Positions 1 to 12,465 of a stretch of DNA of 64,000 nt are shown here, in pieces. The position numbers were made by a program, and so were the translations under genes. The first letter of the stretch is position 1; every line of letters starts with the position of its first letter. The notes below the pieces were generated by a model. The model made no database searches. It worked only from the letters and a program-made list of their open reading frames with translations, and had not been told where the DNA came from. Source of the stretch: Malacoraja senta (lineage: Eukaryota); the NCBI GenBank assembly GCA_038087875.1, contig CM075994.1, forward strand, positions 4,528,001 through 4,592,000. Reading direction: 5' to 3'.

Positions 1-1626
1 TTCTTCAGATAGAGGAAAGGTTAGCCCATATATGATTATGCTGAAGGAGCTGTTTTTTGCAGATTCAAGCACTCTTGTTTATTGACCTTGTTGATCTATT
101 GTTTGTACATTGCAATCTGTACAGCAGAGGGAAAGAACCATTGTCTGAAAATTTTTCTGATTGCTTATATCATAGAGCAAAAATATCGAGTATTATTGTG
201 CTGAAATCTTGCTTGTGTAATAGAAGAAAGGCAAAACATTTATGTTATTGTGCAGAACTGTCACTAGTGTAGTAGGAGAAAGGTTAAGCATCCATTTTAT
301 TGCCTCTAAATCTACAGCTGAATCCATTTTATAACTTTTAAATCTTTAAACTTTCTCACCCCTCACCCCCCCTCCCCAGAAGGGGGCGCTCTCGCTCCCA
401 CCCCCTCTTGTCGCTTCTGTCCAGGATTTTGAAAATAAAAATGATAGAGCCATTGGAAGAGGTAGTTGAGGCCGGACTTTATCAGCTTTTAAAGACATTT
501 GGATGGGTACATGGACAGGAAAGGTTCAGAGGGAACATGAGGGAACTGGAGAGAAGGAATGGGTGAGGTTTTGCGTCGAGACTGAGTCGGGAGAGGGAAA
601 CAAGAGATATGGAAGGGTATGGTGTGAAAACGACGATCAAAGCAGACGTGGATCAAGGAGCCGTGGATTGAGCAGGGGTGATCACAGAGGGGGAGCAGCG
701 AAAGAGGGTGTTGCAGAACTCTCATCGGAGAGTGGAAGAGAACTTTGTCAAAGTAGACATACCTTGCAGCTCGTTCCATAAACCCACCACCCTCTGTGTG
801 ACACAGTTGCCCCTCGGGTTCTTATTGAATCTTCCCCTCTCACCTTAAATCTATGTTATCGGCTCCTTTATTCACGTACTCGAGGTAAAAGACTGCACAT
901 TCATCTTATCTATTCCCCTCGTGATTTTATACACCTCTATAAGAACGCCCCTAAGCCTCTAAGCAATAGAGTCCTAGCCTGCCCAAGCTCTCCTTGTAGG
1001 TCAGGCCCTCGAGTCCTGGCAACATCCTCATAAAATATCTCTGCACGCTTTCCAGCTTAATGACATTGTAATTTTATTTGGGTACGTGTTACCTGTCCAC
1101 AATAATTTGTGAAGATGGAAGTTTGATGGTTCAATCTGATGGTGACAATTTGCGACATTCTGCACAGTGCCATCTGCTTATCATGTGCATTGGAACAAAG
1201 GGCTGTGGTTCAGATTGAACCACGCCAAGAGTATTGCAATGATCTTTTGTATTCTGTGCCAAATCATGCGTTTGCAAGTTGTGAGGGAGTGTTGAAGAAG
1301 GTGTTCTAGAGAATATAATCATGTACAAAATGCAGGATCTAACCAGCAGTTACGGGGGCACAAGCATTTACAAATGCTTTCAATGCAAGAGTCAAGAGTG
1401 TTTTATCATCACATGTCCCAGACAGAACAATTAAATTCTTACTCGCAGCAGCACAACAGAATATGTAAACATATATAAGAAGGAACAGCAGATGCTGGTT
1501 TACACCGACGATAGACACATGGTACTGGAGTAACTCAACGGGACAGGCAGCATCTCTGGATAGAAGGACTGGGTGACGTTTCGGGCTAAGAATCAGGGGA
1601 GTGGGTGTCTGGAAATATGGAGGATA

Positions 1627-2122
1627 TAAAACCCTAGTGAGCGCGGAAATAAAACCTGGGGGAATGTAAATGTGGGAAGAGTGCGGCCTACACCATCTTG
1701 GAGCCGCGCACTCCGGTGAGGAGGCACCAATTCAGGATTTACCTGGACTTACCTTGTCAAAACATCTGGAAACCCACAGCGGCGACTGCGGAGGGTTGAA
1801 GGACCCGACCACGGGGGGAAATGGAGGAGGACTGGCCAAATTTTGTGCCTTCCACCACGTGATGAATGCTGTGGTGGATGTTTGTGTTAAATTTTTATTG
1901 TGTATTGTGTGTTTTTTTTATTGTACCGCTGCTGGCAAATTCATTTCACTTGCAGTTTATGTGCAAGTGACGAATAAATCTTGACTTGACTTGAGTGAAA
2001 TAAACAGCAACTGAAATCAGAGCTGTCAATCTGTTCATTTCTACGCGTTAACTGCGCCCTTCAGCGGAACAGAAATACTTTTGTGAAAATATAAAGATTG
2101 AAACAATCTCGCTTCCCGCGGG
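1627..2122 (+). pseudogene. Orphan 3' UTR/terminal block of a TRIM-B30.2 gene with no coding exon upstream, split by an insertion
   Basis: 1627-1683 plus 1993-2122 align with 31698-31885, which follows the PRY-SPRY stop codon (GAGCGCGGAAATAAAACC...GAAATAAACAGCAACTGAAATCAGAGCTGTC...GATTGAAACAATCTC..TTCCCGCGGG). Two AATAAA motifs are retained. Confidence 0.8.
1684..1992 (+). mobile_element. Short non-LTR retro-insertion with (CTTGA)n tail
   Basis: Absent from the paralogous UTR near 31755. Ends AATAAATCTTGACTTGACTT and is flanked by GAGTG direct repeats (1679-1683, 1993-1997). The Rex/Babar copy at 42955 has a similar tail. Confidence 0.75.
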
Positions 2123-2514
2123 CAACACCTGTGAAGGGAAATGGACAGCCCACACTTTGGGGTCGAGAGCTTTCTTTGGTATAAAGAAGGAATTCTAAGA
2201 GCTACAGGTTCACTAAATCAGAGTAAATGAATTGGTATTGATGTACGGAAGAGGGCGGCACAGATCTGACTCGGGAAGTGTAAATAGGAGGGAGGAATGA
2301 AATCGGAAATTACTTAAAGGGAGAAAAATAAAGCTGAATGTTGGGAATGGGAGATACAATGGGCCTCTTGGTGTTGATGGCCATGTAGAACTGGACAGGC
2401 TCTCCGGCCCACATAGAACATGGAACAGTACAATGCCAAGCTAATTGCTCTTTCCTGCAGTTCTGGTTTCCTCCCACATCTCAAAGATGTGCAGGTTTGT
2501 AAGATCATGTGTGA

Positions 2515-2965
2515 TAAGAGCAGAATTAGGCCATTCAGCCCATCAAGTCTACTCCGCCATTCAATCACGGCTGACCTATCTCTCCCTCCTAACCCTATTC
2601 TCATGCCTTCTCCCCATAACCCCTGACACCCGTAGTAATCGAGAATCTATCTCTGCCTTAAAAATATCCAATGAATTGGGCTTGGCCTCCACAGCCTTCT
2701 ATGGCAAAGATTTCCACAGATTCACCACCCTCTGACTAAGAAATTCCTCTCATATCCTTCCTGAAAGAACGCCCTTTTATTCTGAGGGTGTGCCCTCTAG
2801 TCCTAGACTCTCCCACTGGTGGAAACATCCTCTCCACATCCACTCTATCCAAGCCTTTCATTGTTCTATATACTTCAATGAGTTTCCATCCTTCCAAACT
2901 GCAGCGAGTACAGGCCCAGTGTCGCCAAAGTTCATCGAATGTTATCCCACTCATTGCTGGGATTA
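2515..2965 (-). mobile_element. CR1-clade LINE 3' fragment
   Basis: Minus frame gives ...MKGLDRVDVERMFPPVGESRTRGHTLRIKG (CR1 ORF2 C-terminus) followed by the 3' UTR. Confidence 0.85.
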
Positions 2966-2979
2966 TTCTTGCAAACCTA

Positions 2980-3500
2980 AGTCTCCTAATTTGAGAAGGA
3001 CATCCTTGTCATTGAGGCAGTGCAGCGTAGGTTCACGAGATTGATCCCTGGGATGGGCGGGACTGTCATATCAGGAAAGACTGAAAAGACTAGGCTTGTA
3101 TTCACTGGAGTTTAGAAGGATGAGGGGGAATCTTATAGAAACATAAAATTATAAAAAGACTGGACAAGCTAGATGCAGGAAAATTTCCCAATGTTGGGCG
3201 AGTCCAGAACAGGGGCCACAGTCTTAGAATAAAGGGGTCATTTAAGATTGAGGTGAGAAAAACTTTTTAACCCAGAGAGTTGTGAATTTGTGGAATTCCC
3301 TGCCACAGAGGGCAGCGGAGGCCAAGTCACTGGATGGAATTAAGAGAGAGTTAGATAGAGCTCTAGGGCTAGTGGAGTCAAGGGATATGGGGAGAGGGCA
3401 GGCACGGGTTATTGTTTGGGGACGATCAGCCATGATCACAATGAATGGTGGTGCTGGCTCGAAGGGCCGAATGGCCTCCTCCTGCATCTATTGTCTGTTT
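2980..3500 (+). mobile_element. CR1-clade LINE 3' fragment
   Basis: [13 protein letters not shown] motif, CR1 3' UTR (GAAGGGCCGAATGGCCT) and CTATTGTCT tail. Confidence 0.85.
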
Positions 3501-3534
3501 CTAAACCTGCAGATGAACCTGACCATGATGGACA

Positions 3535-3700
3535 GCGGGCTGGACCAATCACAGCGCGGCGGGGGCGGGACTTGGAGTGCAGCGGCGGCTGGTGTCGGCC
3601 AATCGCGGCGGAGAGGGGGTGGTGAGCGGACCTTGGCATGATTGTCCCCCGCCCCTCCCTCCCTCCCCATGCGTTGAGCAGTTAAAGGGGCAGCGCGACA
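3535..3700 (+). promoter_or_regulatory. Promoter-like GC-rich segment (two CCAAT boxes, GC boxes)
   Basis: GGACCAATCA (~3543), GGGGCGGGAC (~3562), GGCCAATCG (~3597), CCCCGCCCC (~3647); CpG-rich against a CpG-poor background. No downstream exon is visible. Confidence 0.45.
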
Positions 3701-3704
3701 AGGA

Positions 3705-4709
3705 GAAAGAGAGAGAGAGTGAGAGTGTATGTGAGAGAGAGAGTGTGTGTGTGTGTGAGAGAGTGTATGTGTGTGAGAGAGAGAGAGAGTGTGTGAGAGA
3801 GAGAGTGAGAGAGAGTGAGTGAGAGTGTGAGAGAGAGAGAGTGAGAGAGAGTGTGAGGGAGAGTGAGAGAGAGAGAGTGTGAGAGTGTGTGTGTATGAGA
3901 GAGTGTGTATGTGAGAGAGAGAGAGCGTGTGTGTGAGAGAGAGAGAGAGTGTGTGTGTGAGAGAGAGAGAGAGTGTGTGCGAGAGTGTGTGAGAGAGAGA
4001 GAGTGAGAGAGAGTGTGTGTGTGAGAGAGAGATAGAGTGTGTGTATGAGAGAGAGAGTGTGTCAGAGAGAGAGTGTTTTTGAGAGAGAGAGTGTGTGTGT
4101 GAGAGAGAGAGAGAGTGAGAGAGAGAGTGTGAGAGAGAGTGAGAGAGAGTGTGTGAGAGAGAGTGAGAGAGAGAGTGAGAGAGAGAGAGTGTGAGAGAGA
4201 GAGTGTGAGAGAGTGAGAGAGAGAGTGTGAGAGAGAGAGAGAGTGAGAGAGAGAGTGTGTGAGAGAGAGTGAGAGAGAGAGAGTGAGAGAGAGAGAGAGA
4301 GAGAGTGTGAGAGAGAGTGAGAGAGAGAGTGAGAGAGAGAGAGTGTGAGAGAGTGAGAGAGATAGTGAGAGAAGAGAGTGTGTGAGAGAGAGAGTGTGAG
4401 AGGGAGTGAGAGAGAGAGTGAGAGAGAGTGAGAGAGAGAGTGAGAGAGAGTGAGAGAGAGTGAGAGAGAGAGAGAGAGTGTGTGAGAGAGATTGAGAGAG
4501 AGAGTGTGTGAGAGAGAGAGTGTGAGTGAGAGTGGAGTGTGAGTGAGAGTGAGTGAGAGTGTGAGAGAGTGTGAGAGAGAGAGAGAGTGTGAGAGATCGA
4601 GAGAGAGTGTGAGAGAGCGTGACAGAGTGAGAGAGAGACAGAGAGTGTGAGAGAGAGTGAGTGAGAGAGAGTGAGAGAGTGTGAGTGAGAGTGAGAGAGA
4701 GAGTGTGTA

Positions 4710-4749
<40 letters not shown>

Positions 4750-4787
4750 TGTGAGAGAGAGAGAGAGTGTGTGTGAGAGAGAGAGAG
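3705..4787. repeat. ~1.1 kb compound (GA)n/(GT)n microsatellite
   Basis: Directly visible; it generates the spurious S/L/H/T-rich ORFs. Confidence 0.98.
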
Positions 4788-5720
4788 AAAAACATAGAAA
4801 CATAGAAACATAGAAAATAGGTGCAGGAGTAGGCCATTCGGCCCTTCGAGCCTGCACCGCCATTCATATGATCATGGCTGATCATCCAACTCAGTATCCT
4901 GTACCAGCCTTCTCTCCATACCCCTGATCCCTTTAGCCACAAGGGCCACATCTAACCCCCCTGATCCCTTTAGCCACAAGGGCCACATCTAACTCCCTCT
5001 TAAATATAGCCAATGAACTGGCCTCAACTACCTTCTGTGGCAGAGAATTCCTGAGATTCACCACTCTCTGCGTAAAAAATGTTTTTCTCATCTCGGTCCT
5101 AAAAGACTTCCCTCTTATCCTTAAACTGTGACCCCTAGTTCTGGACTTCCCCAACATCGGGAATAATCTTCCTGCATCTAGCCTGTTCAATCCCTTAAGA
5201 ATTTTGTAAGTTTCTATAAGATGCCCCCTCAATCTTCTAAATTCTAGCGTGTACAAGCCGAGTCTATCCAGTCTTTCTTCATATGAAAGTCCTGCCATCC
5301 CAGGAATCAGTCTGGTGAACCTTCTCTGTACTCCCTCTATGGCAAGAATGTCTTTCCTCAGATTAGGAGACCAAAACTGTACGCAATACTCCAGGTGTGG
5401 TCTCACCTAGACCATGTACAACTGCAGTAGAACCTCCCTGCTCTTATACTCAAATCCTTTTGCTATGAATGCTAACATACCATTTGCTTTCTTCACTGCC
5501 TGCTGCACCTGCATGCCTGCTCTCAATGACTGGTGTACCATGACACCCAGGTCTCGTTGCATCTCCCCTTTTCCTAATCGGCCACCATTCAGATAATAGT
5601 CTACTTTCCTGTTATTGCCACCAAAGTGGATAACCTCACATTTATCCACATTATACTGCATCTGCCATGCATTTGCCCACTCACACAACCTATCCAAGTC
5701 ACCTTGCAGCATCCTAGCAG
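4788..5720 (-). mobile_element. CR1 LINE, 3' part (split from 9489-11435)
   Basis: LQGDLDRLCEWANAWQMQYNVDKC...RPHLEYCVQFWSP...; (TATGTTTC)n tail at 4788-4815; internal ~37 bp direct duplication at 4921-4993. Confidence 0.93.
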
Positions 5721-5729
5721 CCTCATCAT

Positions 5730-8700
5730 AGTTGCTCAGAAGGGTAAGGAAAGGAAGAGGAGGGCAATACTAATAGGGGACTCTATAGTTAGGGTGGGGT
5801 CAGACAGGCGATTCTGTGGACGCCGCAGTCGGGAGACCCGGATGGGTAGTTTGCCTCCCTGGTGCCAGGGTCTGTGAGTGTGTCTCAACGTGTCCATGAT
5901 ATCCTGAAGGGGAGGAGAGGAGCCGAGGTCGCGGGTACATATAGGTACCAATGACTGAGATGAATAGAAAAAGAGTAGAGGTACTGAAAGGTTGATTTAG
6001 GGAGTTAGGGGAGTATTAGGGAGTTGGGAGGGAGAGTTAAAGTAGTAGACAATCTCGGGATTACTGCCTGTGCCATGCGACAGTGAGAGTAGGAATGGAG
6101 CAAGGTGGAGTATAAAATGCGTGGCTGAAGGACTGGTGCAGAGGGCAGGGATTCAAATTTCTGGATCATTGGGACCTCTTTTGTGGAAGGTGCGACCTGT
6201 ACAAAAAGGATGGGTTGCACTTGAACCTGAGGGGGACCGATATCCTGGCAGGGAGATCTGCAAAGGCTACTGGGGAGACTTTAAACTAGAATGGTTGGGG
6301 GGAGGGACTCAAATAGAGAAAGCTATTAGACAGTGTGTGAGGCAGGAGGCAGAGAAGGAAAGCACTCAGACCCAACATGTAGGGGGGAAAGAAGAAAACA
6401 ACAATAAACAGAGAATAAGAGGTGGTGGGGTTCTTAAATGGCGTGAGCAGAGAAACAGAGGGGTGTAAAATGCGGGCGGAAGCAAAAGGTAGCAAGGTGA
6501 AAAGTAAAAGTGGCAGGCAGACAAATCCAGGGCAAAAATCAAAAAGGGCCCCTTTTCAACATAATTGTATAAGGGGTAAGAGCGTTGTAAAAACAAGCCT
6601 GAAGGCTTTGTGTCTCAATGCAAGGAGCATTCGTAATAAGATGAACGTGCAGATAGCTATTAATGATTATGATATAGTCGGGATCACGGAGACATGGCTC
6701 CAGGGTGACCAAGGCTGGGAGCTGAACATCCAGGGATATTCAATATTCAGGAAGGATAGAGAGAAAGGAAAAGGTGGTGGAGTAGCGTTGCTGGTTAGAG
6801 AGGAGATTAACGCAGTGGAAAGGAAGGACATTAGCTTGGAGGATGTGGAATCGGTATGGATAGAGCTGCGAAACACTAAGGCGCAGAAAACGCTGGTGGG
6901 TGTTCTGTACAGGCCACCTAGCAGTAGTAGTGAAGTTGGGGATGGCATCAAACAGGAAATTAGAAATGCGTGCAACAAAGGCAAAACAGTTATAATGGGT
7001 GACTTCAATCTACATATAGATTGGGTGAATCAAATTGGCACGGGTGCTGAGGAAGAGGATTTCATGGAATGTATGCGGGATGGTTATCTAAACCAACATG
7101 TAGAGGAACCAACGAGAGAGCAGGCTATTCTACACTGGGTATTGAGTAATGAGGAAGGGTTAGTTAGCAGTCTTGTTGTGCGTGCCCCTTTGGGCAAGTG
7201 TGACCATAATATGGTTGAGTTCTTCATTAGGATGGAGAGTGACATTGTTAATTCAGAAACAACGGTTCTGAACTTAAAGAAAGGTAACTTTGAGGGTATG
7301 AGACGTGAATTGGCCGTTTGACTGGCTATTAGTTCTAAAAGGGTTGACGGTGGATATGCAATGGAAGGCATTTAAAGACTGCATGGATGAACTACAAAAA
7401 TTGTTCATCCCAGTTTGGCAAAAGAATGAATCAGGGAAGGTAGTGCATCCGTGGATAACAAGGGAAATCAGGGATGGTATCAAAGCAAAAGATGATGCGT
7501 ACAAATTAGCCAGTAAAAGCAGCATACCAGAGGACTGGGAGAAATTCAGAGACCAGCAGAGGAGCAAAAAGGGCTTAATTAGGAAAGGGGAAAATAGATT
7601 ATGAAAGAAAACGGGCAGGGAACATAAAAACTGACTGCAAAAGTTTTTATAGATATGTGAAGAGAAAGAGATTAGTTAAAACAAATGTAGGTCGCTTGCA
7701 GTCAGAAACAGGTGAATTGATCATGGGGAACAAGGATATGGCGGACCAATTGAATAACTACTTTGGTTCCGTCTTCACTAAGGAAGATATAAATAATCTG
7801 CCGGAAATAGCAGGGGACGCGGGTCAAAGGAGATAGAGGAACTGAGTGAAATCCAGGTTAGTCGGGAAGTGGTGTTGGGTAAATTGAATGGATTAAAGGC
7901 CGATAAATCACCGGAGCCAGATAGGCTGCATCCCAGAGTACTTAAGGAAGTAGCTCCAGAAATAGTGGATGCATTAGTGATAATTTTTCAAAACCCTTTA
8001 GATTCTGGAGTAGTTCCTGAGGATTGGAGGGTAGCTAATGTAACCCCACTTTTTAAGAAGGGAGGGAGAGAGAAAACGGGGAATTACAGGCCAGTTAGTC
8101 TAACATCGGTAGTGGGGAAACAGCTAGTGTCAGTTATTAAAGATGGGATAGCAGCACATTTGGAAAGTGGTGAAGTCATTGGACAAAGTCAGCATGGAGT
8201 TACGAAAGGTAAATCATGTCTGACGAATCTTATAGAATTTTGCGAGGATGTAACTAGTGGAGTGGATAGGGGAGAACCAGTGGATGTGTTGTATCTGGAC
8301 TTTCAGAAGGCTTTTGACAAGGTCCCACATAAGAGATTAGTATACAAACTTAAAGCACACGGTATTGGGGGTTCAGTATTGATGTGGATAGAGAACTGGC
8401 TGGCAAACAGGAAGCAAAGAGTAGGAGTAAACGGGTCCTTTTCACAATGGCAGGCAGTGACTAGTGGGGTACCGCAAGGCTCAGTGCTGGGACCCCAGCT
8501 ATTTACAATGTATATTAATGAGCTGGATGAGGGAATTGAAGGCAACATCTCCAAGTTTGCGGATGACACTAAGCTGGGGGGCAGTGTTAACTGTGAGGAG
8601 GATGATAGGAGACTGCAAGGTGACTTGGATAGGCTGGGTGAGTGGGCAAATGTTTGGCAGATGCAGTATAATGTGGATAAATGTGAGGTTATCCACTTTG

Positions 8701-9488
8701 GTAGCAAAAACAGGAAAGTAGACTATGATCTAAATGGTGGCCGATTAGGAAAAGGGGAGATGCAGCGAGACCTGCGTGTCATGGTACACCAGTCATTGAA
8801 AGTAGGCATGCAGGTGCAGCAGGCAGTGAAGAAAGTGAATGGTATGTTAGCTTTCATAGCAAAAGGATTTGAGAATAGGAGCAGGAGGTTCTACTGCAGT
8901 TGTACAGGGTCTTGGTGAGACCACAACCCGGAGTATTGCGTACAGTTTTGGTCTCCAAATCTGAGGGGAAGGACATTATAGCAATAGAGGGAGTGCCAAG
9001 AAGGTTCACCAGACTGATTCCTGGGATGTCAGGTCATTCATATGAAGAAAGACTGGATAGACTTGGCTTATACTCGCTGAATTTAGGAGATTGAGAGGGG
9101 ATCTTATCGAAACGTACAGAATTCTTATGGGGTTGGACAGGCTAGATGCAGGAAGATTGTTCCCGATGTTGGGGAAGTCCAGGACAAGGGGTCACAGCTT
9201 AAGGATAAGGGGGGAATCCTTTAAGACCGAGATGAGAAAAAACGTTTTCACACAGAGAGTGGTGAATCTCTGGAACTCTCTGCCACAGAGGGTAGTTGAG
9301 GCCAGTTCATTGGCTATATTTAAGAGGGTGTTAGATGTGGCCCTTGTGGCTAAAGGGATCAGGGGGTATGGAGAGAAGGCAGGTACGGGATACTGAGTTG
9401 GATGATCAGCCATGATCATATTGAATGGCGGTGCAGGCTCGAGGGGCCGAATGGCCTACTCCTGCACCTATTTTCTATGTATCTATGT
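5730..9488 (+). mobile_element. Near-full-length CR1 LINE (SGNH-esterase ORF1 remnant, APE endonuclease, RT), frameshifted
   Basis: ILIGDSIVR (esterase block I); LCLNARSI, GITETWL, MGDFN (APE); YRPVSLTS, LDFQKAFDKVPH, GVPQGSVLGP, KFADDTK (RT); TATGTATC tail at ~9476-9490. Confidence 0.95.
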
Positions 9489-11435
9489 ATCCTCCTCACA
9501 GCTAACACTGCCCCCCAGCTTCGTGTCATCCGCAAACTTGGAGATGTTGCATTCAATTCCTCATCCAGCTCATTAATATATATTGTAAATAGCTGGGTCC
9601 CAGCACTGAGACTTGCGGTACCCCACTAGTCACTGCCTGTCATTCTGAAAAGGACCCATTTACTCCTACTCTTAGCTTCCTGTCTGCCAGCCAGTTCTCT
9701 ATCCACGTCAATACTGAACCCCCAAATACCGTGTGCTTTAAGTTTGCATACTAATCTCTTATGTGGGACCTTGTCGAAAGCCTTCTGAAAGTCCAGATAT
9801 AACACATCCACTGGTTCTCCCTTATCCACTCTACTAGGTACATCCTCGAAAAATTCAATAAGATTCGTCAGACATGATTTACCTTTGATAAATCCATGCT
9901 GACTTTGTCGAATGAATTCACCACTTTCCAAATGTGCTGCTATCCCATCTTTAATAATTGACTCCAGAATTTCCCCCACCACCGATGTTAGACTAATTGG
10001 TCTGTAATTCCCCGTTTTCTCTCTCCCTCCCTTTTTAAAAAGTGGGGTTACATTAGCTACCCTCCAGTCCTCAGGAACTACTCCAGAATCTAAAGAGTTT
10101 TTGAAAATTATCACTAATGCATCCACTATTTCTGCGGCTACTTCCTTAAGTAGTCTGGGATGCAATTTATCTGGCCCTGGGGATTTATCCGCCTTTAATC
10201 CATTCAATTTACTTAACACCACTTCCCGGCTAACCTGGATTTCACTCAGTTCCTCCATCTCATGCTATTTCCGGCAGATTATTTATGTCTTCTTTAGTGA
10301 AGACAGAACCAAAGCAGTTATTCAATTGGTCTGCCATGTCCTTGTTCCCCATGATCAATTCGCCTGTTTCTGACTGCAAGTGACCTACATTTGTTTTAAC
10401 TAATCTTTTCCTCTTCACCTATCTATAAAAGCTTTTGCAGTCAGTTTTTATGTTCCCTGCCAGTTTTCTTTCATAATGTATTTTCCCTTTCCTAATTAAG
10501 CCCTTTGTCCTCCTCTGCTGGACTGAATTTCTCCCAGTCCTCTGTTAGGCTGCTTTTTCTGGCTAATGTGTACGCTTCATCTTTTGTTTTGATACTATCC
10601 CTGATATCCCTCGTTATCCACGGATGCACTACCTTCCCCGATTTATTCTTTTGCCAAACTGGGATGAACAATTGTTGTAGTTCATCCATGCAGTTTTTAA
10701 ATGCCTTCCATTGCATATCCACCGTCAACCCGTTAAAAATCATTTGCCAGTCTATCTTGGCCAATTCACGTCTCATACCCTCAAAGTCACCTTTCTTTAA
10801 GTTCAGGACCCTTGTTTCTGAATTGACAATGTCACTGTCCATCCTAATGAAGAACTCAACCATATTATGGTTACTCTTGCCGAAGGGGCCACGCACAACA
10901 AGACTGCTCACTAACCCTTCCTCATTACTCAATACCCAGTCTAGAATAGCCTGCTCTCTCGTTGGTTCCACTACGTGTTGGTTTAGAAAACTATCCCGCA
11001 TACATTCCAAGAAATCCTCTTCCCCAGCACCCCTGCCAATTTGATTCACCCAATCTATATGTAGATTGAAGTCACCCATTATAATTGTTTTACATTTTTT
11101 GCACGCAGTTCTAATTTCCTGTTTGATGCCATCCCCAACGCCAGTTCTACTGTTAGGTGGCCTGAACACAACTCCCACTAGCGTTTTCTGCCCCTTAGTG
11201 TTTCGCAGCTCTACCCATATCGATTCCACATCCTCCAAGCGAATGTCCTTCCTTTCTATTGCGTTAATCTCCTCTCTAACCAGCAACGCTACCCGCCTCC
11301 TTTTCCTTTCTGTCTATCCCTCCTGAATATTGAATATCCCTGGATGTTCAGCTCCCAGCCTTGGTCACCCTGGAGCCATGACTCCGTGATCCCAACTATA
11401 TCATATTCATTAATAACTATCTGCACATTCAACTC
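9489..11435 (-). mobile_element. CR1 LINE endonuclease-RT portion (upstream part of the element ending at 4788)
   Basis: Minus ORFs 10492-11286 (APE: MGDFN, ILDWVLSN) and 9626-10258 (RT N-terminal half). Confidence 0.93.
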
Positions 11436-11439
11436 ATCC

Positions 11440-12465
11440 ACCCCCACTCTCAATTCCTCCGTCTACGCCGCATCTGCTCCCAGGATGAAGCATTCCACAG
11501 CAGGGCATCCGAAATGTCCTAATTCTCAGGGAACGGGGGTTCCCCTCCTCCACATAGATGAGGCTCGCACCAGGGTCTCTGCCATACCCCGCAACACTGC
11601 TCTCTCTCCCCATCCCCCCACTCTCAACAAGGGCAGTCCCCCTAGCCCTCACCTTTCATCCCCACCAGCCGTCACATACAACAAGTGATCCTCCGTCAGT
11701 TTTCGCCACCTCCACATGACGCCACAACTCGCGACATCTTCCCATCTCCCCCTATGTCTGCCTTCCGCAAAGAACGCTCCCTCCGTAACTCCCTTGTCAA
11801 TTCTTCCCTTCCCTCCCGTACCACCCCCTCCCCGGGTACTTTCCTTGCAACCGCAAGAGATGCAACACTTGTCCCTTCACCTCCCCCTCGATTCCATTCA
11901 AGGACCCAGCAGTCGTTCCAGGTGCGACAGAGGTTCTCCTGCATCTCCTCCAACCTCATCTATTGCATCCGCCTGCTCTAGATGTCAGCTGAGACTACAT
12001 CGGTGAGACCAAGCGAAGGCTTGGCGATCGTTTCGCCGAACACCTCCTGTCGGTCCGCAATAACCAACCTGACCTCCCGGTGCTCAGCACTTCAAATCCC
12101 CCTCCCATTCCGTATCTGACCTCTCTGTCCTGGGTCTCCTCCATGGCCACAGCGAGTAACACCGGAAATTGGAGGAAAATGCACCTCATATTCCGCTTGG
12201 GCAGTCTACATCCTGGGGGCTTGAACATCGAATTCTCCCAATTCTGCTAGCCCTTGCTGTCCCCTCCCCTTCATCAGCTCTCTGGTTGTCTCCTCCCCTC
12301 CCCCAGCCCTCGGGCTCCTCCTCCGCCTTTTTTCCTTTTTTTCCTTTCTTCTCCCCACTCGTTATCAGTCTGAAGAAAGGTTTCGGCCCGAAATGTTGCC
12401 TATTTCCTTCGCTCCATAGATGCTGCTGCCACCCGCTGAGTTCTCCAGCACTTTTGTGTACCTTT
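11440..12465 (+). mobile_element. Penelope-like retroelement 3' part (GIY-YIG endonuclease)
   Basis: Frameshifted FSCISSNLIYCIR-CSRC..YIGETKRRLGDRFAEHL (GIY-YIG), followed by the terminal motif CTGAAGAAAGGTTTCGGCCCGAAA...CCATAGATGCTGC...CTCCAGCACTTTTGTG. Confidence 0.8.

Noticed and set aside
3488..4951. Long ORFs of 487, 393 and 249 aa
   Set aside because: Stop-free translations of the GA/GT microsatellite plus a CR1 tail.
7869..8918. Reverse transcriptase ORFs as a retron, DGR or other novel RT system
   Set aside because: All have CR1 ORF2 motifs and CR1 3' tails, and the longer copies have the APE endonuclease upstream; they are ordinary vertebrate LINEs.
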